This document shows positions 50,141-62,630 of a stretch of DNA of 64,000 nucleotides, in pieces. Numbering within the stretch: the first letter of the stretch is position 1; each line of letters opens with the position of its first letter. The stretch is from Felis catus (taxonomy: Eukaryota), in contig NC_058368.1 in the NCBI RefSeq assembly GCF_018350175.1, positions 130,450,001 to 130,514,000 of the forward strand, in the 5' to 3' direction. The position numbers were made by a program, and so were the translations under genes. The notes below the pieces were generated by a model that had not been told where the DNA came from, made no database searches, and was given only the letters and a program-made list of their open reading frames with translations.

Positions 50141-50899
50141 AGAATTGCAAATTACATAGCTGATAAAGTACATTAGGGTGTCTGGAATAAAAATAAAATC
50201 AGATAAAACATGTTGGCGAAAATGTGGAACAGTCACCACTCTTGTGCAGTGCTGGTGGGAATGTAAAGTGATACAACGCTTTTCGAAAGCAATCTGGGAG
50301 CTGGTTCCTCAGAGTTACAACATTTATGCTCTGAGGTATGCAGCCAAGAGGAATGTTAGTGTATATATACATAGACTTGCACATGAATGCTTATAGCATT
50401 TTCATTCATAAAGCTAAAAGATGGAATTAACCCAAATGTACATCAACCTAAAAATGGACATAGGACATAATGGAGTATACCCATACAATGAAAGAATATT
50501 CAACTGTAACAGGAAAAAGAGATACCTGGTACAACATGACTGCTTTCTCCTTAGAGAAACACAGATGGACTTTAAAAACATTATGCTAAGTGAAATAAGC
50601 CAGTCACAAAAAAACCCGATGGTATAAGATTCCTTTTATATGAAATATTTGGAATAGGCAAATCTATGGAGATAGAAAGGATATGAGCCGTTATTTGGGA
50701 CTGGAGGATGGAGAAGGGAATAGGAGGTGGTGTCGAAAGAGTACAGTGTTTCTTTTAGACATAATTGTAATGTTCTAAAATTGTGGTAGTGGTCACATAT
50801 TTGTGAATCTACAAAAGCCCCTGTAAATTGTACACTGTGTAGGGTCATTTATGTAGTAGGTGAACTCTATCTCAGTAACATTTTTAGTAGTTTTTCATG

Positions 50900-51960
50900 C
50901 ATGTTTTTTTTTAACTTTTTCAATATATTTATACTGGCTACTTTTATGTGTTTGCTCAATTAAACATGTGTATCCACACTTACTATTTTTCACATTTGTC
51001 CTAATTTTGATTAAAATGATTATTTGAGATAATGTAGCAACTCTGAATTCTAATTTTTCTTTTGTTGTTGTTCTTTAGTGACTTGTTTGAACTGAACCCA
51101 TAGTTTGTTTTCCCCCTCAGTGTGCATGTGTTGATGTGTCTGCTCAAAACACTTTTTAACTTTTTAAAAACGATAAACCCAGCTTCTTAATGGTTACTGG
51201 TGTGTCATTGTAATTCAGCCAGTATTTAAATAGAAGTTGTATTCAAACACTTTGAGTAACCCTTCCATCCTCTGTATGTGAATCTGTATGTGGGTTGGAG
51301 AATATTCAGATTTCAGGGTTTGCTTTCCATTGGGTTCTCTTTTATTTCCTCTGCATGTGCCCATGGCATCATGTTCATTCAGGGATAAGTGGATGAGAGG
51401 GCCCTGTCTGGTCTCTTCTGTGCATGTGCACAGACTTGCACATGAGCATAGCTTCCCATCTCCAAGGGTATGTAAATTTTTTTAAGATTCTATCTGTTCC
51501 ATACATCAGTTCTCCTTGTTGAATATCTGGCTAGTCTGTCATATCAGTCCCATCGCTTGCCTCAACCAGGGCTGCAGCCTCAGGTTAGGCTGTGGGGTTG
51601 TGTCTGTTGCTAAGCTTGCTACTGTTTACAGTCATGTGCAAGAGTGTGTTTTTCTTCCTGCCGCAAGTGTCCTGATCCCCTTATAGCAGCGAAGCTGCTG
51701 TTTCTCATGGCTTGTCCTTCCCTTCTAAAACTAGCACAGTAACCAGGTTGGGGCAGGGCTATCAGAGAAGCTTCAGGCAAGAAGACTGTCACTGTTTTTG
51801 CCAAAGATGTAGAAGTTTTTCTTGAATAAGTGTTCCTCTGTTTGCTCTAAGGCTTTGGTTGGTCTCCAGAGTTTTGAAAAGATTGTGACAGTTTTGTCCA
51901 GGTTTATGGTTGCTTTTTGGAGAAAGGACTTGCCAGTATCCTTTGTTATGCTAGTCACAG
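50900..51960 (-). mobile_element. Old L1M 5' region, probably the continuation of 41720-44400
   Basis: ttttcttgaataagtgttcctctgtttgct...ctccagagttttgaaaa...gttttgtccagg, resembling antisense L1M 5' ends. Confidence 0.6.
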
Positions 51961-52172
51961 TTGGTTTCCATAGTCTCTTTTGTTTGTTCTGTGTGTGTGC
52001 GCGTGTGCGTGTGTGTGTTTTGGTGTTGTTTTGTAATTGCAAAGTTTTAGGTATGTTTTCTGTATTTCCTAGAGAGCTATCCTACTTTAATTTTACACAG
52101 TCAGAAACAAATTATGAAATGGCAAACTTCTCTCATAGAGAAAGATCATAGGATTTAGAAGTTTGGTCCTTT

Positions 52173-52350
52173 GGGGTGCCTGGGTTACTCAGTGAGTTAG
52201 CATCCAACTCTTGATTTCAGGTCAGGTAATGATCCCAAGGTCCTAGGAGCCAGGGTCATGACTACTTGGGATTCTTTCTATCTCTCCCTCTGCCCCTTTC
52301 CTCTGCTCACCCTTGTTCTATCTCTCAAGTTAAAAATAAATAAAAAAAAA
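52173..52350 (+). mobile_element. Older Can-SINE
   Basis: Degenerate TSD tagaagtttggtcctt / tagaagtgtgatcctt. Confidence 0.88.
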
Positions 52351-53290
52351 TAGAAGTGTGATCCTTCATATATGATTTCCTCTTGGCTACACAAAAAGTT
52401 ATTCACTATGGATCTCCACTTCTGGCAGAGCAGAGAATATACAGGAGTTTGGAATCTCCTCCTTTTTTTCCTGCCCCACCAGTCCCTAGAAAATATGGGA
52501 GGGTAATACACAGATAAGGTATCCTGTACTTATGTATTATTTATCTCTTCCATTCTTTTGTAAGTTCCACCGTCTTCATCAGGGTTTTGTAGAATATTTT
52601 GAAGTGAAATCCTGAAGTATGGTTCCCACTGGCAATGTACTCCTTTCAGATGCAAGTAATAAATTTCAGAATTTGTTCAATGTATTTTGAGGATCAACTA
52701 CTTACAAAAACATTTATGGGATATAGGGAGCACATTGAATCTAAAGGCACAGATAAAAAATTATGTCATGCAGCGATAAGCAGTTGTAGTGTCTGGAAAA
52801 TTCTTTTATAGTACTTGTGTGGTCCCTCTCCAGTGGCACTTTTAACATTCTCTCTCAACTGCTCTTATCTGTGTCTGTGTCTAAAGTTTTCAGCTTTTTG
52901 AGGGGCTTTGTCTCACTGCCCTTGTTCCCCAGCATAGCTCCTTGAATATAAAAGATGCTTAATAAATCTCTCTTTATGAACTTCTGGGAATAAAAGAAAC
53001 ACAAATTTTACATCTTCATTATTTACTAGGAGTTAATTTCTGTCACTTTCCCTGGTCTCCATCAGCTAGAATATTATTAGCAAACAATTTGGTACTATTT
53101 AACAACACTTAATAAACAGTGTTATTTCCATTCTCAAGGAAGTGCACCTGTTGTCTAAATGTAGTTACCATGGCAGTAGTGGCAAAGATATTAAGATATC
53201 CATTTTCCAGAAAAATTGAGCCTATCCAGTTTTTGTCAATCTCACATAAAGACGACAGTTTCTTTTCTGAAAATCATTAAACAAGATGGG

Positions 53291-53293
<3 letters not shown>

Positions 53294-53333
<40 letters not shown>
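53294..53333. repeat. (CA)n microsatellite
   Basis: About 20 CA units. Confidence 0.97.
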
Positions 53334-53337
<4 letters not shown>

Positions 53338-54156
53338 CACAAAACTTACAAAAGATGATGTTAATCCAATAACAAAGAGTCATAACTCCTGATTTTTTTC
53401 TTTTATTTCAGGATGTAATTTATAATTTAAGGATTAATTGAATATGGAAGGCAACTAACATTTTTTATTTTATAGAGGATTATGCAGAATATAAGCCACA
53501 GTCTGGAGAAACATTATGACTCATACAGGTTGAGCCTGCAAATTAAAAAATCTATTTTGAGAGGCCTTTCCTACATTGGTACAAAATGATAAAATGTTAA
53601 CACATCCTAGTAGCAGTGCCTTCTGTTACTTAGAAAAATTAAGGATAATTGTAGTTTCTTGGAGGATCTAGGTAACAAGTGTACCAATTATATTATTTTT
53701 CAATGCAACATAGATGGAAAATAAAGCCACAGTTTTCCAGTTTTTAAGAAAAAACTTCAGATCAGACCCAAGGAATTAGGTTGGCAAAAAAGATACTTTA
53801 AATTAATTTTGAAGGTTTATTTTCTTAGAAATCTTGTCTTGAAGAGTAAGAGGTTGTTCTGAGACTATAGTGTAGGAAATTTTACTAAGGTACTCTGCTG
53901 CTCAGAACCTTAATTTTCATGTAAACTGAGAATCATACAATGTTTGAACTAGTGCCTCCTCTCTTGGAAGATAGGGGCTTCTGGGTTGTCCAAGTCACCT
54001 GAATTGGGGACCGCCTCCACAATGTTCTCCTCTAGTCACTGAGTTTACAAGACTTCTCCATCTCTTGTGACCAAGTTTACCTTCAATGTCCACCACTCTC
54101 TTGGGCTAATACTGGCTGTGAATGTTAAGTGAAATGGTTTGTTGAAAAAAGGAGTT

Positions 54157-54670
54157 GTAGAAAGGGAAGGCAGTTTTCCTTGATGCTCTTGGGGGCACTG
54201 GCTGGATGAAAACTCAACTGACAAAGATAGATGAATAAGAGAAAAGCAAACATGTTTTTTAAGTATGACTTTTATGAGGCATGGGAACTTTCTTAAGGAT
54301 CTGGAGACTCAAAGAACTAGTTCAACCTGAGTATTTTATACTAGATTTGATAGGGAGTATAGAGTCATGGAGAAATATGATAGGGCCCTAAAGAGTATGA
54401 GGTAAAAATAGTAAACTGGGGAACTTGACAAGGCTTGTTGGTTCAGAATCTTCTCAGTGTCTCTTTATCTTCAGAGATAAGGCTGTTCCTTTCCTCTGGT
54501 GTAAGGAGGACACCCTTCACAGAGGGCTTGTTTGATCTGCCTCAGGGGAGAAGGATGGGGGAAGGTCAGAGTGACTCATGCTTCTGCTGTTTTCTCCAAC
54601 TCTTTCAACTTAAAATATTCAATATGTTAAAGCACCATGCTTTGGAGTAGCATGTTAAGAACCCCATTAG
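54157..54670 (-). mobile_element. ERV1 solo LTR (MER34/MER4-group-like)
   Basis: Reverse complement begins ...ggggttcttaacatgctactccaaagcatgg...ttaagttgaa, typical of this LTR group. Confidence 0.65.
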
Positions 54671-54839
54671 AGTATATGACAAGCTTCAGAGCCCTACTGT
54701 TATTTCCTTGTACTAATCATACCTGGTTTGTATAGTCTTGCAAAGCATGGGTATAAAAGAACCTTTAACTTTGAATCTCAAGTTTCAGCAGCACTGAGAG
54801 CAGATAGAAGCTTTGGAATTTCATCCTTTCCTAGTCCCC

Positions 54840-55135
54840 TATTGCTGAGTGAAATAAGTCAGTCAGAGAAGGACAGATATTCTATGCTTTCACTCATATG
54901 TGGATCTTGAGAAAGTTAACAGAAGTCCGCAGGGGAAGGAAGGGGCAAAAATAGACACAGAAAGGGAGGGAGGCGAACCACAAGAGACTCTTAAATACGG
55001 AGAACAAACTGAGGTGGATGTGGGGTGAGGGAGAAGGGAAAATGGGTGATGGGCATTGAGGAGGGCACTTGTTGGGATGAGCACTGGGTGTTGTATGTAA
55101 GCCATTTTGACTATACATTATATTAAAAAAAGAAA
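54840..55135 (+). mobile_element. 5'-truncated felid L1 3' end
   Basis: LSEISQSEKDRYSMLSLICGS* then 3'UTR and A tail; homologous to 6935-7215. Confidence 0.9.
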
Positions 55136-55169
55136 TGGAAAGAAGGCAAGAATCAAGTTTTCAAATTGC

Positions 55170-55670
55170 ATACGAGTTTTCTTTTACACTATAACAAAGT
55201 AGCTCCAAACTTCATGGCTTTAAAAGTACAGTCGTTAGTGTTGTTCACAAGTGAGGATTTGCTAGATGGAACTGTTGACCTAGGCGGCGTCAGCTGTTCT
55301 CTCTTGGGCTTTCTTGTGCACCTGCATTTTGTGGGCTGGTTGGTCTTAGATGGCCTCCATCATATTTCTCATGATTGCTGGCTGTCTCCGAAACCAGACT
55401 GACCCAGGTAATAGATGCTAACTAATGTCTCTCCTCACCTAGGAGACTAGCCCAGAGGTATACAGGTCTTTCAAAGCTTAGGCTCAGGACTGACATGTAG
55501 CAATTTTGCTGGTAGGTAATTGTTCAACTATCTCAGGCAAGTCACAGTGCAGCTCAAGAGCTAGGGGTCAGAAAATTAACCTCATAATGAAAGGATTGGC
55601 AAAGTCACATTGCAAGAGGTGTGGATATATGTTGGGGAATAATTGCATCCATATTTTGCAAATTGTCACA
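55170..55670 (-). mobile_element. Old MLT1-like MaLR LTR
   Basis: ataacaaag...ccaaacttcatggctttaaa...; ggcaagtcacag...caaagtcacattgcaagaggtgtggata. Confidence 0.65.
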
Positions 55671-57861
55671 AATGATGATGATAATTCAATAGCAGGAGAA
55701 TAAGAATTTTCCTGTTTCCTAAATAAGGATGAGAAAAACCTGGCATTAACAATGATTATTTTTCTACCTTCTCAACACTTTTTTTTCCATTACTGGCCAG
55801 ATCTTCCCAGGTAAATAACCATTAATAATAAAAACTTTGTCTTCTAATTTTTGGCAGTAGTACTAAAATTTCCATTCCTTAACAAATTAAACTGTTGCAC
55901 ATTTGGGAAGGCAATCTTTATACACTTTGGAAGAAATTTATTCTCAGGGATAATCTGTTAATTATTGCAAAATCAATCATTTCAGGACATTACTTCCAAA
56001 GATCGCATTTATATCCATTAATAATATATCTACATCAGTGCTTCTTTAAAAAAAGGAGGTGAATTTTTTTGTTTTTTCTTGTATGAAGTTTCTTCATTGT
56101 ATCTGAGGTGTGAAACTAACATAACAATTTGGTTTCAGAAATTGCTAAGACTGTTGAATTTTTAGTGGAAACAAAGTGTAAAAAAACAGAAATTCAACCA
56201 GCGGAGTATATTCTTACCTGAATAAAGAGACTCCCAGAAGGCTCTGGCCTTTGGTTTATTAATATATTGCTCTGGCTGCTGTATATTACCTGGGAAATGG
56301 CTCAGGCTCCATAACACAGCTTTTTTTTTTCTCCCAATTCCTCCTCTGGATAGTTTATTAAAACTCAGGTAGGCCCTGAGGATGCCATTTGATATACCAA
56401 GTCACCCTGGACTGAAAGAATTACACAACAGCTAACAGTTTCTGAATTGCAACTGAAGTGTCCTGTGCTTTTAGGCACATTGAATCTTCGAGGGAAATTA
56501 GAAACATATTGAAACCTTTGTTTGATTTTTGCTCTTGTTATCACTGATTGTTGTTCTGCATAAGATCACTATGTTTGGACTTGATCAGCTTCTACTCTCC
56601 TCTAATGGAAACTTTTAAATGTACAAACTAAAGAAATGTATTTCTACAAATGCCTTAAGTGCCTTGAGACTTAATTCCTACTTCCACAAAATTGTGCAAT
56701 TTGGGGGCATACTTTTCACTTCTTAGCAACAAATTAAGCACACTTAAGATATAATATTTCCAAGAAATCCTCCATAACCTTTTTGTCTGGAGTACCCCAT
56801 TTGTAAACACCCCCTCACTTATTAGCAATTTACTATTTCCTATTTGTGCTTCATAAGTAGATTCCATCAGTTTTTTCTTTTCACCCTTTAGACAAGCAAT
56901 ATATTCTAAACCAAAAATATCCTCAAAAGTATAAAAAAAAACCTATTTTTACTTCTTTTTCAAAGTGGAGAGAAAATAATTATTGATAAGACAATTTTTC
57001 TTCTAAAACATACATATACAACATAAAATTAAGCTTCAAAGTCCTCATTTGCAAAAATATAAGGTTTTCCAATCATTCAGTATATATGCGTGGCATTTCT
57101 GTAGTTAAACAAAATTTAACGAGTGATGATTTGAAAAATATAAAAATGGAGAAAAGCAAGATGTGTTAGTAACTCATATACTTCCTGCTGTCAGAATGAA
57201 ATAGCCATATCTGTTTTCTTATTATTGTATCAAAGGAGAGGATTTTTTCCCTTATAGCTCTTCTAAAGACTTAATGCTTTAGTCTTGTCTGTTTCTTACA
57301 TCTCAATGATCTGCTGGGGTTCTTTGCACAATGACTAGGTAAGCAGAAGGGTTTTTAGAGACCCTTGGCTCAACATTACAAATACAATATTTTAAAAAGA
57401 AAAATTTAAGCAAACAGCTTAAGTATGTTATTAGCCTGATACCTGGTTTTCCCCATATATAGATGACCCCAATGTGAGAAAAAAATGTATTTAGTAATCT
57501 CTATTTTAGGAACTAGGTACCCCAATAGAAGAAGGAAAAATACTTTAGGAAATCCAAAAAACCTTAAAAGATCATTTTAAAAATTATCTTAGAAGTGTAT
57601 ACCTGTATTTTAATTAGGGATACTAGATTTGTGTAGAAACTATTAATTGTCTCTGGAATAAGTAAGAGCATGCTCAGTTCACAGTGGGTTATTTTCTGTT
57701 ACATGGTGTCCATTTCTTTTTATTGTTATTCATTCACTTTTGCTTTCATTTATCCATTAATTCAGGAAATAACACTTGAAGGTCTCTAGGAATCTAAGGT
57801 AAATGAGACCAAAATTAAATTTCAAGGAGCATCCTTACTTGCCAAGAAATGACACATTCAA

Positions 57862-57865
<4 letters not shown>

Positions 57866-57905
<40 letters not shown>
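57866..57905. repeat. (AAT)n microsatellite
   Basis: About 13 units. Confidence 0.95.
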
Positions 57906-57997
57906 TACACTGTAATTTAGAAAGCGCATCAAAGCATAGTGGGGATATTTATGAGAGAGAATTAGTACTGGGGTTAATAGGCATCCAGGTGGGCTTG

Positions 57998-59395
57998 TGC
58001 AGTGGGTTTTCTGTTTGTGTCACTCTAAATCCTATGTTGAAATCCTAATCCCAGTGTAATGGTATTAGGAGGTGAGACTTTGAGAGGTGATTAAGTCATC
58101 AGGATAGCGCTCTCATGAATGAGAATCCATGCCCTGATAAGAAGAGGCCACAGAAGGACACAGCAAGAAGATAGCCACATGTAAACCAGAAAGAGTGCTT
58201 TTATCAAGAACTTAACCCTGCTGGCACAGTGATCTCATGCTTCCTACCTCCAGAACTGTGTAAAAGAAATGTGTCTTGTGTAAGCTACTCATTTGGTGCT
58301 AATTTGTATAGTAACCTGAACTAAGAAAGTGATATTAAAAAGGTGGAGTGTTGCTACAACAGGTACTTAAAAATGTGAAAGTGGCTTTGGAACCAGATAA
58401 TGGGTAGAGGCTGGAAGAATTCTGAGGTTCATGCCAGAGAAGCAAGGATTATTAGGAAGAGATCAATTTAAAGGCAATTCTGGTGAAAGCTAGGAAAGGA
58501 GAGAGGAGAGCTACAGAGAGTATTTCCATCTTCTTGGAAAATACATAAGTAATTGTGTACCAAACGTCAGTGGAAGAATGGATGGTAAAGGCCATTCTAA
58601 TGAGGTCAGATAGAAATAAAGAACATAAAATGGGAATGTAGAGGAAAGATGATTTTTCTTACAAAGTGGCAACGGGTCTGGCTAAACTGTGCTCATGTTC
58701 TAGTGTTTTGTGGAGGACAGAACTTGAGACGTGAAGTTGGATATTTGGATAGGAGATTTCTGTGTGAAATGTTGGGGGTGGCTTGCTTCTTCCTGACTGT
58801 TTATAGTAAAAAAGAGAGGTGGGGTAGAGAGAGGTGGGGAAAAGAGAAGAGAGGCGGGGTACCTGGGTGGCTCAATCTGTTGGGCATCCGACTTCAGCTC
58901 AGGTCATGATCTCACACTTCATGGGTTCAAGCCCTGCCTTGGGCTCTGTGCTGACAGCTCTCAGAACTTGGAGTCTGCTTCAGATTCTGTGTCTTCCTCT
59001 CTCTCTGCCCCTCCCCCCATTTCACTCTGTCTCTCAAAAAAGAATAAGCATTAAAATAATTTTTAAAAATTTGGGAAGAGAGAAATAACTTGAAAATGGA
59101 ATTAACAAGGAAAAAGTAACTAGAACGTAAAGATTTGGGAAATTGGCAACCTATTCATACTGCAAACAATGAGAAGACCTGTTATAAGAGACATTGAGAG
59201 AGATTATTTCTTTCTCCATAATGTGAGGATAGGAGAGAACATGCCCTTCTGTGAACGAGAAGGAAATTTCTCACCAGGAATCAGATTGGCAGGCACCTTG
59301 ATCTTGGGCTTCCCACTTTCCGGAACTGTGAGTGAGGAAACATATCTTTTGCTTAGGCCAACCAGTCTTCTATTAATGCAACCCAACCTAAGACA
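57998..59395 (+). mobile_element. MaLR (MLT1A/MST-like) element: LTR, partial internal region, partial 3' LTR
   Basis: LTR tatgttgaaatcctaatcccagtgtaatggtattaggagg...gaactaaga; internal aaaaatgtgaaagtggctttggaac...gggtagaggctggaaga; second LTR end ggcaccttgatcttgggcttcc...ctaagaca. Confidence 0.85.
58857..59070 (+). mobile_element. Can-SINE inside the MaLR internal region
   Basis: ggggtacctgggtggctcaatctg... Confidence 0.9.
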
Positions 59396-61442
59396 ATTCT
59401 CCTCTGTGAGATGAAAGATTGAGGTGAGTGTTCTCCACGTCCTTAGAGTTCTGTGCTCTGGATCTGTACCCTGAATCTTTATGTTTGAGAAAATGCTGTT
59501 ACTAACACAAATATAAGTGATTTACATTGATCACGGAAAGAATGTAAATAAAAACATATTTACAGTACTATACTTGCTATTCTACTACAGGCTGGAACAG
59601 GAACTTATGTAACCCTTAGGACAGTCTGACCAGCCTGGAACATGTGAAGTCTCAAGTGATGTGGACTTTTTACCAGCAGGGATCATAGGATAAAGATATT
59701 TCAGATGGAGATAACAGCAGTCAACATGAACAGAAACAGAAAAGCAGGGCGGAGGTGGGAAGGAGTATGGTGTAATGACAGATCTGTGAATGTAACAGAC
59801 ACTGATGGGTTTACTGGCTAGGTCACTTCAGCATCTATCCATATTCATGATGGTGGCTCCATATTGCTACCATTTAAGCTCTGCCTGAGGACCTTCTCTG
59901 GACACAGACATATGCTAAGGCTGCAGAAGCTTCCCTCAGAACAGATGGAAGTTAGAGAACAAGTAACCTAGTGCCCTTGCCCTTGAGGTGAGATGACTTA
60001 GAAGTCTGTCCTGCATGATCTCTTAGAGCCCCAGGGAATTGTGCATATCTGAGCCTGCAACAGTGCTCACACTGGAAGTGAGCTCTTCACTTTCTCAATT
60101 TTACCCTGTCTCTCTAGTGGTGGTTTCTGGGACCATCTTCCAAAAAATTACTTTCTCTTCAAACCTACCTGAGAGTTGTCTTATGGGGGTCCCTAACCCA
60201 TAGTCGTGGGTATTGTTCTGTAACTAGAATTCAGATGTCATGAGAGTATAGCTGAAAGACTTGCCACATGTTGAGGGACTTTATTTGACATTCTGATGAT
60301 TTTGTATTTTATCTTAGGACTTAACAGAGGCCATCAGAGGCTTATAAAGAGGGAAATGACGTCAGTTTAGTGTTTTAAAAGATAATTCTTCCAGAAATGG
60401 AATGTGGAAGTAATTTCTTTATGTATCTAACTATTGTAATAATTTTAGAAAGAGTAATAAAAGCCTAAATGATATATGAGAGATGATACTAACACAAGTC
60501 ACAGACTTAAGAGACATTGCAGTGGGAGAATTGGCAAAATATGGTGACCAGGCTAGATTTGGGCAGGGGTGGCTGGAGGAGAGTACTTGAAGAAACACTC
60601 ATGCTTGGATAGTCAATACTATCAGCCAAGACGAAGAACAGAGGTGGGGTGGATTTACCTTTGCTTCTGTTTGAGAGTGGCTCCCTCATGTTTCTTTGGA
60701 AAGATAGACTGTTAAGAGGGAACTGACAAGCATCAGAAGGGCTGATCTTCTGACAAATTATCCAGGAAATAACTCTGCCAACCTTTAAAGTCCATACAAC
60801 TTCCTATTTTTGTTATGAGATACTAGCAGATGTTGGGATAGGGAAGAGGTGCACAAATGTGACAGTAGAGGAGACTATAGCAGGATTCCTTTTTTTGTTC
60901 CTAAGGGGACCACTGGAATGACTGCCTGCTTGGTCATAGAATCCACTTTCTTACTTATCTCCAGTGTTTCCTTATGAGAATAATGGCAGGTTTGACAAGA
61001 ACAACTGCTACCATATGCATTGTGCATATGTAAAGAAATTGGAGCATGGAGGTGACCTGTAGATTTCCTGAGGCTCTGTGGTGAGTTAATGGTTATCATT
61101 GGGATCCCACTTTTTGAGTGTTAGGTCAGTTTCTTACACACAGTAAGTGAAGTAAGTAGGTGAAGATACCTGCTTAAAAGAGTATGGTAGATGGCTCGAA
61201 GTTGGTTGGAGCATTAAAACAGCAAAAGGGATTGAGGGGCTTGTTCAGTTAAAACTTCTCCCCATGGGTCCAACTCTGCTAGATTTAGTAGACTGTGACA
61301 AACTATTGGCAAGTGAATTTCACTCAGTGGCTTCAAGGCTCCCTTGATAAATACTTATCCTTTGGCAGGCCATACATTCTCAGCCCCTTTAAAACTAAGT
61401 CTGTGAACCTAGTCGATTGGGTAAATTGAAATCAATAGTGGC

Positions 61443-61444
<2 letters not shown>

Positions 61445-61493
<49 letters not shown>
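61445..61493. repeat. (GA)n microsatellite
   Basis: About 24 GA units. Confidence 0.97.
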
Positions 61494-61496
<3 letters not shown>

Positions 61497-61964
61497 CGCT
61501 GCATGACAGATCGATGTACACCTCTTCACTGCAAATAGATACAGACCACAGAAGGGTGGAAATCTTATCCTATCCCAGAGGGCAAGAGGTTTTCTACAGA
61601 TTTCATTACTTTGTAAAATGTTCCATGGTCTTGAGCAACATTTATTCAGGACCTTCTGGGCTATGATGTATGCACTCTTTGCTAAGTGACCTCCAGAGTA
61701 AAAGTTTTAAAGTTTTTATCTGTGCTAATTAGGGTGTGGAACAAGGACACTTGCAATAAGGTATGTTGTTAAGTGTGGTGCTAGACACTTAGAGTGAAAG
61801 GCCCTATTGTATAGATTCACCAGGAAATTCTATTTGAGAAACTCAATGCCAAATTTAGAATTCTTTATGTGAAACCATGCTCACAAGTGTTGGCTAAGAC
61901 TATAAGCATAAACTCCTTACAGGTGCAACCTAAAGCAAAAATTATTCAATAAGAAATTATTGAC

Positions 61965-62170
61965 GGGAATGCCTGGGTAGCTCAGTAGGTTAAGCCTCTC
62001 TTGATTTTGGCTCAGGTCATGATCTCAATGTGAGTTTGAGCCCCATGTTAGGCTCTGCACTGACAATGCAAAGCCTATTTGGGATTCTGTCTCCCTCTCT
62101 CTCTCTGCCCTTCCCCCACTCGTATTCATTCTCTCTCTCTCTCTCTCTCTCAAAAAGAAATAAATATAAA
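61965..62170 (+). mobile_element. Can-SINE
   Basis: TSD aagaaattattga. Confidence 0.92.
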
Positions 62171-62200
62171 AAAGAAATTATTGAGGGCCTACTGATTTTA

Positions 62201-62429
62201 TTATATCATGTTTTATTTTATTTTTTAAGTTTATTTATTTATTTTGAGAGAGACATAGACAGCCTGAGTAGGGGAGGGACACAGAGGGAGGGAAAGAGAG
62301 AATCTTAGGCAGGCCTCGCACTGCCAGCACAGAACCCAACAGGGAGCCCAAACCCACAAACCATGAGATCATGTCCTGAGCCGAAACCAAGAGTAGGACA
62401 CTTTACCTAACTGAACCACCCAGCAGCTC
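62201..62429 (-). mobile_element. Can-SINE, tandem pair unit 1
   Basis: SINE body flanked by ctgatttta. Confidence 0.9.
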
Positions 62430-62438
62430 CTGATTTTA

Positions 62439-62630
62439 TTTTTTAAAAAATGTTTATTTATCTACTTTCAGAGAGCAAGCAAATGGGTGAGGGGCAGAGG
62501 GAGAGAGAATCTTGAACAGGCTTCACGCTCAGCACAGAACACCATGCAGGGCTTGATCTCACGATCTTGAGATCATGACCTGAGCCAAAATCAAGAATCC
62601 CAATCTCAACTGACTGAACCACCCAGGCAC
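62439..62630 (-). mobile_element. Can-SINE, tandem pair unit 2
   Basis: SINE body flanked by ctgatttta. Confidence 0.9.

Larger units (their letters stand above)
44400..50880 (+). mobile_element. Old L1M ORF2/3' end, split by a carnivore L1
   Basis: FNKIQNIFMIKKIGIGGNFLNLIK at ~44400; continues to 46235 and resumes at ~50142 (ANYIADK, CWRKCG...CWWECK, 3'UTR). Confidence 0.8.
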
